Positions 1 to 5,303 of a stretch of 19,215 nt of DNA are shown in pieces. The position numbers and the translations under genes were made by a program. Location of the stretch: NCBI GenBank assembly GCA_017439205.1, contig JAFRSZ010000272.1, positions 1 through 19,215 of the forward strand. Direction: 5' to 3'. Numbering within the stretch: position 1 is the first letter of the stretch; every line of letters begins with the position of its first letter. The notes beneath the pieces are model-generated. The model was not told the origin of the DNA. It made no database searches and was given only the letters and a program-made list of their open reading frames with translations. The DNA comes from Clostridia bacterium. GTDB taxonomy: Bacteria; Bacillota; Clostridia; Oscillospirales; Acutalibacteraceae.

Positions 1-4
1 AAGC

Positions 5-98
5 GAAGTCGCCCCTCAGGTAATCAGCTCCGAAGGAGCGTCTTCATTTCTTCATTAGCGAAACGTCTTCATTAGCCCCGCAAGGGGCGACTTCATTA
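5..98. repeat. Repeat-rich non-coding segment with four copies of CTTCATT (two as CTTCATTAGC), enclosed by a 12-bp perfect inverted repeat (5-16 vs 83-94) and a GCCCC-GCAA-GGGGC hairpin
   Basis: CTTCATT occurs at 42-48, 50-56, 67-73 and 91-97. GAAGTCGCCCCT (5-16) is the exact reverse complement of AGGGGCGACTTC (83-94). A GNRA-looped hairpin spans 75-88. There is no ORF, and the segment abuts the bidirectional terminator. Confidence 0.5.
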
Positions 99-125
99 AA
101 AAAGCACGCCTGAGCGTGCTTTTTT
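98..125. terminator. Bidirectional intrinsic terminator: GCACGC-CTGA-GCGTGC hairpin with A6 on the 5' side and T6 on the 3' side
   Basis: Perfect 6-bp GC-rich stem 104-109/114-119 with a 4-nt loop. A T-run 120-125 serves the plus strand and an A-run 98-103 serves the minus strand. It lies immediately 3' of tRNA-Trp on the minus strand. Confidence 0.7.
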
Positions 126-126
126 C

Positions 127-202
127 TGGCAGGGGCAGAAGGACTTGAACCCTCGGCACGCGGTTTTGGAGACCGCTGCTCTACCAACTGAGCTATACCC
201 CT
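127..202 (-). tRNA. trnW: tRNA-Trp (anticodon CCA), 76 nt with encoded CCA
   Basis: The reverse complement folds as a cloverleaf: acceptor AGGGGTA/TGCCCCT, D-stem GCTC/GAGC, anticodon stem GCGGT/ACCGC with loop CTCCAAA (anticodon CCA), and T-arm GAGGG-TTCAAGT-CCTTC. Discriminator is G followed by CCA. Confidence 0.9.
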
Positions 203-216
203 ATATTCAAATGATG

Positions 217-293
217 TGGTGGACCATCAGGGACTCGAACCCCGGACCGACCGGTTATGAGCCGGTTGCTCTAACCAACTGAGCTAATGGTCC
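217..293 (-). tRNA. trnM: tRNA-Met (anticodon CAT), elongator-type; could alternatively be tRNA-Ile2 (lysidine-modified CAU). 77 nt with encoded CCA
   Basis: The reverse complement is GGACCATTAGCTCAGTTGGTTAGAGCAACCGGCTCATAACCGGTCGGTCCGGGGTTCGAGTCCCTGATGGTCCACCA. The anticodon loop is CTCATAA and the T-loop is TTCGAGT. Position 1-72 is fully paired and the anticodon stem has no 3xG-C run, so it is not an initiator. Confidence 0.88.
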
Positions 294-310
294 TTGCCGA
301 CTGCCCCATT

Positions 311-339
311 ATTATATATGGACGGTAATAAAAAGTCAA
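311..339 (-). promoter_or_regulatory. Sigma-A type promoter for the tRNA-Met/tRNA-Trp unit: TTGACT-17-TATAAT
   Basis: On the minus strand the -35 TTGACT lies at 334-339 and the -10 TATAAT at 311-316, with an exact 17-nt spacer. The tRNA 5' end (293) is 17 nt downstream of the -10. The element sits 9 nt after the RT stop codon. Confidence 0.65.
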
Positions 340-348
340 GCATTATTT

Positions 349-1566
349 TTATTTATTTTTACCGGTCCTGTCTTCGCGGAAAACGTAGTATTCATGCACA
401 AGGCTCCGGTAGCCGAGCGCCTTCAGATCTTCGTACCTCGCGTTATACCGCGCTTTCGTGCGCGTATCTGTCAGCAGATACCGGATGCAGTCCTGCGCGT
501 AGCGGTCGATCTCGCCGAGCCGCTGCGCGGTTGTGATTACGGGGAAATACCAGAGCGACCACGTAAGCTCGTTATCGCCCGCGCTCTCAAACAGTTTTCG
601 GTTGAAAACGCGAATAAAAGCCTTCGCCGCTTTTTCATTCGGCAGGTCGCTGCGTTTCCGCCAGCGGGCAAGGGCTCTGGTTTTCCTGCGCATTTTCGCT
701 TTGAGTTTCTGCATCGACGCGGGGGCGACGTCCACTTCCCCGTTTTTGTACTCAAACCCAAGATAGATCCACCCTGTTTCGGGGGTGAACCGATCTTCTT
801 TTTTTTCATTCACCGAAAGGCCGTGCGTCAAAAGCTGCGCGCGGATCTCAGATGCATACGCTTCTGCCTTCTCCGCCGAATCCGCAAAAACAATGATATC
901 GTCCGAGTATCTGGCGTACAGAACGCCGCGTTCGGCAAAGACTGCGTCAAGATCGCCGAGATACAGATTCGCAAAAAACGCGGACAACGGCGTTCCCGCC
1001 ATGATGCCCTTTTGTTCCGTTACCGGTTTCCCGTTATCCATAACGTAAGGCTCGCAAAGCAGGCTTTCAAGAAAACGGCAGAGCGCGGCGTCATCACGAA
1101 GGATTCCGCGCAGTTTTACGAGCAGGGGTTCTATGGGGATGGAATTGAAATAATCGCTCACGTCCGCTTTATACACGTACATCCCGCGCATACCGGGCGC
1201 GTATTTCAGGCGCAGAACGGCGTCTTTTGCGGTTCGCCCGGGACGGAACGAATACAGATTGACTGAAAACACAGCGTCGTATTCGCGCAGCATCAGCCAG
1301 GTAAGCAGCTTCAGAACGGTGTTCTCCGCAAACGGATAGGTATATACCGTGCGCTTCTTCTGCGAGCTCATTTTGCATACGACGCTCTTTTTCGGAAGCG
1401 GGAACCGCCCGCCCGCAGCGATCTTTTCACATACGGGCAGGTAGGCCGCTGTGTCGATAAACGACCGCAGATCCCGCAGAAAGCTTTTCGGGCAGGACAG
1501 ATTGCTTTTATATTCGTAAAATGCCTCCCACATTTCGGGGCGGGACAAAAGATCAAGAAGACTCAT
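349..1566 (-). CDS. Stand-alone group II intron-like reverse transcriptase (RT fingers/palm plus maturase-like thumb/X domain; no endonuclease domain). The ORF track extends to a TTG at 1572; the first ATG is at 1564-1566
   Basis: The translation carries RT motifs. Motif 1-like is KRTVYTYPF..VLKLLTWL. Motif 2 is NLYSFRPGRTAKDAV, matching the group-II SYGFRPGRS. Motif 3 is YVYKADVSDYFNSI. Motif 4 is GTPLSAFFANLYLGDLD. Motif 5 is the catalytic YARYSDDIIVF (YxDD). Motif 6/7 is LSVNEKK...GWIYLGFEY. The C-terminal ~110 aa resemble a group II maturase (GIIM) domain (LTWSLWYF...IDRYAQDCIRYLL). The retron NAxxH and VTG motifs are absent, and so is the DGR SQ motif. Confidence 0.85.
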   Translation of the reverse strand: MSLLDLLSRPEMWEAFYEYKSNLSCPKSFLRDLRSFIDTAAYLPVCEKIAAGGRFPLPKKSVVCKMSSQKKRTVYTYPFAENTVLKLLTWLMLREYDAVFSVNLYSFRPGRTAKDAVLRLKYAPGMRGMYVYKADVSDYFNSIPIEPLLVKLRGILRDDAALCRFLESLLCEPYVMDNGKPVTEQKGIMAGTPLSAFFANLYLGDLDAVFAERGVLYARYSDDIIVFADSAEKAEAYASEIRAQLLTHGLSVNEKKEDRFTPETGWIYLGFEYKNGEVDVAPASMQKLKAKMRRKTRALARWRKRSDLPNEKAAKAFIRVFNRKLFESAGDNELTWSLWYFPVITTAQRLGEIDRYAQDCIRYLLTDTRTKARYNARYEDLKALGYRSLVHEYYVFREDRTGKNK

Positions 1567-1572
1567 AATCAA

Positions 1573-1757
1573 TAAAAAACAGCGCCCCGCAGACAGTAAA
1601 GCCCGCGGAGGCGCAAACCAAAACGAAAACAGAAAGGATTAAATCCCGGTAATTCCGGGATATACCGGGCCGTACATACGCGAACTGCCTGCGAAGTTTT
1701 ATAAGGCGTATGCCGGGTCCGCCGCAGGCGCAAAGCGTTCTGTTTTCGGTTTTGCCG
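1573..1757 (-). ncRNA. Candidate structured non-coding RNA element between the nuclease-fold gene and the RT gene. It may be an RT-associated ncRNA or a regulatory leader
   Basis: This 185-nt intergenic region has no ORF. An 11-bp perfect inverted repeat CGAAAACAGAA/TTCTGTTTTCG (1738-1748 vs 1624-1634) brackets the region. Inside it are nested stems GCCTGCG...CGCAGGC and GGCG...CGCC. There is a cluster of three CCGG-containing arms: GCCCGG tatat CCCGG, and TCCCGG-AATTA-CCGGGA as a perfect 6-bp hairpin. A GC hairpin plus T7 (minus-strand terminator-like, 1575-1612) ends 6 nt before the RT start. Confidence 0.3.
1624..1748 (-). repeat. 11-bp perfect inverted repeat pair (1624-1634 and 1738-1748) flanking the intergenic structured region
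   Basis: Plus strand 1624-1634 is cgaaaacagaa and plus strand 1738-1748 is ttctgttttcg. They are exact reverse complements spaced 103 nt apart, and 3-4 further pairs are possible beyond a 1-nt bulge. Confidence 0.6.
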
Positions 1758-2285
1758 TTATCTGAGAACCTTGCCGATGCGTTCCGTCACATATTTGCGG
1801 GTGTTCCACCAGCCGCTGTGGTCATAATAGAACCGCAGATACGGCACGCCTTCGGCTTCGGCGGCACGGCGGAAGCGCTGCGCTTCGCTGGATTCGCTTT
1901 TGAGCTCAACGATCAGCACCTTTGCGCCGTCACGGAAGAAGGTGTATATCGGGCTGAAGCTGTTTGATCCGGGCGCGGAAGTAAACGTATACGCGCCGAA
2001 ATCCTCACGGAAGATCTTTTCAAAATACTGGATATACGTACCGTTAAAATTATACTGATTTTCCTCTGCGGGAATATTGTCGTAAAAAGAATCGCCGTCT
2101 GGATATACGGATGCGGGAGTGGGCGCGGATTGCTGCGCTGCGGGCCTCGGCTGCGCCGTATGCTGCGAGGGTTTTTCAAACTGCAGCTTATCGGCTGCGT
2201 CCTTTAATTCCTGCGCCGCTTCCTTCATTTTATTGAGCGCGGATTCAACGTTTTTATCTGCGAACAGCTTATCGAACAAACCCAT
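1758..2285 (-). CDS. Small PD-(D/E)xK nuclease-fold protein (DUF559/Vsr-like C-terminal domain) with an N-terminal helical segment and a P/Q/A-rich linker. The true start is the ATG at 2283-2285, not the track's 2315
   Basis: The start has the RBS AGGAGG 7 nt upstream of ATG GGT TTG (MGLFDKLF...). The C-terminal domain carries a PD-(D/E)xK-like signature, FFRDGAKVLIVELKS, with the spacing D..(7)..E-L-K. It also has a DUF559-like tail, RFRRAAEAEGVPYLRFYYD, matching R..R..LE..GW.VLRF. Confidence 0.6.
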   Translation of the reverse strand: MGLFDKLFADKNVESALNKMKEAAQELKDAADKLQFEKPSQHTAQPRPAAQQSAPTPASVYPDGDSFYDNIPAEENQYNFNGTYIQYFEKIFREDFGAYTFTSAPGSNSFSPIYTFFRDGAKVLIVELKSESSEAQRFRRAAEAEGVPYLRFYYDHSGWWNTRKYVTERIGKVLR

Positions 2286-2385
2286 AATGATCCTCCTGCA
2301 AAAATAGTGTTTCAAATAAAACTGGCCGATAAACGCATAGGGATACCGGCCGGATTTTGTCTGTTAAGATGAATCGTCACATTGA

Positions 2386-2538
2386 TCAGTCTAAGGACGT
2401 AATGCCGGTCGCAAAGGAAAACAGGCCGCCTATTCTCTGAAAAATGTCCGTAAGATAAGAGAGGACAACTGCAAGCACCTGCAGCGCGGGAACAGCTCTT
2501 GAAACAGCGCCGTCCAGATTAACGCCTTCTTTATTCAT
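2386..2538 (-). CDS. Possible small ORF (50 aa, hydrophobic; MNKEGVNLDGAVSRAVPALQVLAVVLSYLTDIFQRIGGLFSFATGITSLD) within the long leader
   Basis: The RBS GAGGT sits 7 nt upstream of the ATG at 2536-2538. The frame is open to TGA at 2386-2388. The ORF starts ~45 nt downstream of the predicted promoter. It falls below the 60-aa cutoff of the supplied ORF track, and it contains one predicted hydrophobic helix. Confidence 0.25.
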   Translation of the reverse strand: MNKEGVNLDGAVSRAVPALQVLAVVLSYLTDIFQRIGGLFSFATGITSLD

Positions 2539-2592
2539 TGCAAATACCTCAACGGAATAAATCCGTCCCTTTCTTTATATTTTTTCATAATG

Positions 2593-2621
2593 ATTATACA
2601 ATACTTTCGGCAAAAAAGCAA
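2593..2621 (-). promoter_or_regulatory. Sigma-A type promoter TTGCTT-17-TATAAT (TG adjacent to the -10) driving the leader, nuclease-fold gene and RT
   Basis: On the minus strand the -35 lies at 2616-2621 and the -10 at 2593-2598, with an exact 17-nt spacer. It is located just after the stop of the PP2C-like gene. The predicted transcription start is ~300 nt upstream of the nuclease-fold gene start. Confidence 0.5.
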
Positions 2622-2640
2622 GCAGTTTTTTTATATGCGG

Positions 2641-3987
2641 TCAATCCTCATCGCCGCCTTCTTCGCTGCCTTCTTCACCGCCCTGATTTTCAGTGGAAAC
2701 ATCGCCGGTCTCGGGCTCCTGCGAAGAGGTGGGTTCTGTGGATTCTTCTGCATCGGTTGAGCCTTCGGTAGGTTCCTCTTCCCGTTCGGTGGTGGGGACC
2801 GTTGCGGGCTCTTCTTCGGTTTCATCCTCTTCCGGATAATTGGCTCTTGTTGGGGCGGACGTCGCTTTTTCTGTTGTCGGGGCTTCGGTGGTGGACTCCG
2901 CCGTTGTGGATACTTCAGTGGTTGAAGTTTCACTGGGTTTCTGCGTCGTGGACGTCTGCGCGGCGGCATTCTGCGATTCGCTTACCGAAACAGAAGCTGA
3001 AACGGAGCTGGGATCGACCGTGGAATCGCCGGGGTCTCCGTGGGATTCGGACCAGTATTTGATACCGAACAGAACACCAGCGATCACCGCGCACGCAAGA
3101 AGCAGAATCAGGAACAAACGTCCTGCCTTTTTGCCCTTGCTCACCGGAGCGGTTTCTTCTTCGCCGCCTTCTTCCTCAGGCTGCTCTTCGGCATGCTGTT
3201 CGGTTTTATCCGCGTCTTCTTCGGTAATCTCTTCAGCAGCGGCATGGGCAGCTGCAGCGGCGGCAGGAACCTCGGCAGGCGCTTTTGCGGCAGAAGGCTC
3301 GGCTTCGGTAATCTTAATTACGATGGCGCTGACGGCTTCTTTGCAGCCGTATTTTGCCGCCTGCGACGCGATCAGAGAAACGATCTTTTTCACATCACCC
3401 GCAGCGTTTTTGCAAACGGCTTCCAGCAGACCTGCGGGAAGGGACGACACCGTTTTACCGGAAAGCAGAATAAAGATATCTCCCGCCTTAACGTTGCTGC
3501 ACTGGGCAACGCCGAACGAGGATTTATTATCCGAAAAACCAATCTGCTGAGGAACGATCTCGATAAAAGTATCGTCATAAAAAGTATATGCTTTGTTGCC
3601 GCCTGCGGTGGCAATATAAACCGTATCGTCCACACCGGTAAGGATCGAGAAATCGCAGTCGGATGAAGAGAAACCGGTTTCGTTCAGCACTTTTGCAAAG
3701 GCTTTCAGATAATCCGCGATCAGCACCGCATCATTGGAACCGTCCTCGCTGAATTTTTCAACGCAGGACCGGAACAGGCTCGCCGCACTCTCCGCAGTCC
3801 CCTTCTTATCCGAACTCGCAAGCACATAGTAAGGGCGGTCGGAACCCGTACCGGCGGCACGGACCCCCTTTTCGCCGTTGACGACGTCTTTCGGCCACAG
3901 CTTACCGGAAACGTTTACGTAATCCGTATTAAAATCTCTTGCGGCGCCTTTTCTGGAAACGACCGCGGTTTCAACTGAAATGGACAT
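2641..3987 (-). CDS. PP2C-like (apparently catalytically degenerate) phosphatase-fold domain, followed by one transmembrane helix and a long acidic Ser/Thr/Glu-rich low-complexity tail
   Basis: The RBS GGAGG lies 8 nt upstream of ATG TCC ATT (MSISVETAVV). The N-terminus matches the PP2C pattern SR.GAAR.FNTDY. The canonical DGMGG metal motif is replaced by SSDKKGT and the CSDGL motif by LSGKT. The TM segment is LFLILLLACAVIAGVLFGIKYW. The tail has STTE/EEE repeats. The gene overlaps the folC end by 17 nt. Confidence 0.6.
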   Translation of the reverse strand: MSISVETAVVSRKGAARDFNTDYVNVSGKLWPKDVVNGEKGVRAAGTGSDRPYYVLASSDKKGTAESAASLFRSCVEKFSEDGSNDAVLIADYLKAFAKVLNETGFSSSDCDFSILTGVDDTVYIATAGGNKAYTFYDDTFIEIVPQQIGFSDNKSSFGVAQCSNVKAGDIFILLSGKTVSSLPAGLLEAVCKNAAGDVKKIVSLIASQAAKYGCKEAVSAIVIKITEAEPSAAKAPAEVPAAAAAAHAAAEEITEEDADKTEQHAEEQPEEEGGEEETAPVSKGKKAGRLFLILLLACAVIAGVLFGIKYWSESHGDPGDSTVDPSSVSASVSVSESQNAAAQTSTTQKPSETSTTEVSTTAESTTEAPTTEKATSAPTRANYPEEDETEEEPATVPTTEREEEPTEGSTDAEESTEPTSSQEPETGDVSTENQGGEEGSEEGGDED

Positions 3988-5302
3988 GCGAATTTCCTCC
4001 AATATATTTATAATCTTTCACTGTTTTCAATAAATGCGCTCTCACGTCGGACGCAAGATAAAGCGAACCGCAAACAACGAGCATATCGTAATCTTTCAGC
4101 TGAATGAAAGCCTCGTCGATCGCGCGTATGGGATCTTCCAGCGCCTGCGCCTCGGTTCCGCCGCGCCGCACAATACCGGCAAATTCCTCCGCAGGCATCG
4201 CGCGCGGGTTGGACGGCGTAACAGCGATCACCTTTGCGAAATACGGGCAGAGATGCTCCGTTGCCTTTTCACAGTCTTTATCTCGCATCATGCCCATCAC
4301 GGCGAGGATGCGTTTATTTGAAGCGAACCGCTCCAACAGCGCAGCCAGCGCAGCGGTGGAGCCGTCGTTATGGGAGCCGTCGAGAAGGATCAGCGGATCT
4401 CTGCAAACGATCTCCGTGCGGGCGGGGATAAACGACGCTTCAATACCTTCCTTGATCTGCTTTCTTGTGATATCGAGGCCGTTCACGCCGATCACTTCAC
4501 ACGCTTTCACGGACAGAGCTGCGTTCTGCAGCTGATGCTCCCCGGCAAACGGAATATGGATAGGCGTATCTCTGTATGTAACGTCGGCGCCGTCAAGCGA
4601 AGTCTCCCCTACCTGAAACAGGTCTTCCGAAGCCGCTTCAAACAGGAACGAGCCTTTTTCTGCGGCGACGGCGCGGATCACCCGGGCAGCCTCGGGCGCC
4701 TGCGATGCGGTTGTAACTGAGTGGCAGCGCGGTTTGATAATACCGCATTTTTCGTACGCGATCTCACCGAGCGTATTGCCCAGAACATTCATATGATCCA
4801 TCGAAACGGAAGTGATCACGCTGACGATCGGATCTTCAATGATGTTCGTTGCGTCGTACCTGCCGCCGAGCCCGGTTTCCAGCACAGCCACCCTGCAGCC
4901 CGCCTGCGCGAAATACAGGAAGGCCGCGGCGGTGATCGCCTCGAATTCGGTGGGCGAAACGCCCTGCGCGTTCAGAGCAAGAACGGCCTCTTTGACCTTT
5001 TCGGTGACCGAAACGAGCGCATCGGGCGGGATCATCCGGTTATCCACCTGTATGCGCTCTCTGAAATCGAGCACGTACGGCGAGGTATACAAGCCGGTTT
5101 TGAACCCCGCGACGCGAAGGATATTTGAAATCTCGGTGCACACCGTGCCCTTGCCGTTGGTTCCCGCAACGTGCACATAACGCATCTGTTTCTCGGGATG
5201 CCCCAGATATTCGCACAGAGCGCCGATCCGCTCAAGCCCGGGCCGGATGCCGAAGCGTTCCAGCGAATGGTAGAACGCGACTGCGCTGTTATAATCCATC
5301 AT
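3971..5302 (-). CDS. folC: Folylpolyglutamate synthase / dihydrofolate synthase (FolC, Mur ligase family)
   Basis: The P-loop VHVAGTNGKGTV is typical of Mur ligases. The ORF has the full-length FolC architecture (443 aa). Its ATG sits 1 nt after the valS TGA, so the two are translationally coupled. This matches the valS-folC synteny known from Bacillus. Confidence 0.85.
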   Translation of the reverse strand: MMDYNSAVAFYHSLERFGIRPGLERIGALCEYLGHPEKQMRYVHVAGTNGKGTVCTEISNILRVAGFKTGLYTSPYVLDFRERIQVDNRMIPPDALVSVTEKVKEAVLALNAQGVSPTEFEAITAAAFLYFAQAGCRVAVLETGLGGRYDATNIIEDPIVSVITSVSMDHMNVLGNTLGEIAYEKCGIIKPRCHSVTTASQAPEAARVIRAVAAEKGSFLFEAASEDLFQVGETSLDGADVTYRDTPIHIPFAGEHQLQNAALSVKACEVIGVNGLDITRKQIKEGIEASFIPARTEIVCRDPLILLDGSHNDGSTAALAALLERFASNKRILAVMGMMRDKDCEKATEHLCPYFAKVIAVTPSNPRAMPAEEFAGIVRRGGTEAQALEDPIRAIDEAFIQLKDYDMLVVCGSLYLASDVRAHLLKTVKDYKYIGGNSHVHFS

Positions 5303-5303
5303 A

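Noticed and set aside
394-1266. 290-aa plus-strand ORF
   Set aside because: It is entirely antisense to the RT gene with its clear catalytic motifs. It is a typical high-GC antisense open frame with no RBS.
349-1757. Canonical group II intron hosting the RT
   Set aside because: Only 185 nt lie upstream of the ORF start and 55 nt lie downstream before the tRNA. There is no room for ribozyme domains I-III or V-VI. No GUGYG 5' end and no domain V consensus hairpin are seen. The CGTATG-TACGG string at ~1655-1670 is too short to be domain V.
349-1757. Classical retron (msr-msd + retron RT)
   Set aside because: The RT lacks the retron-specific NAxxH and VTG motifs and instead has group-II-like FRPGR and GIIM-like features. 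The spacer has flanking inverted repeats but no long msd stem. I kept it only as retron-like organisation.
1573-2592. Primer-binding sites complementary to the 3' ends of the adjacent tRNA-Trp or tRNA-Met
   Set aside because: I looked for TGGCAGGGGCAGAAGGAC and TGGTGGACCATCAGGGA (or at least 10-nt cores) on the RT-operon strand. Neither was found.
349-2621. Diversity-generating retroelement
   Set aside because: No template/variable repeat pair or Avd-like gene is visible by eye. The RT motif 4 lacks the DGR-typical QGxxxSQ pattern.
2840-3666. 236-aa and 208-aa plus-strand ORFs
   Set aside because: They are antisense to the low-complexity S/T/E-rich tail and PP2C-like domain of the 2641-3987 gene.
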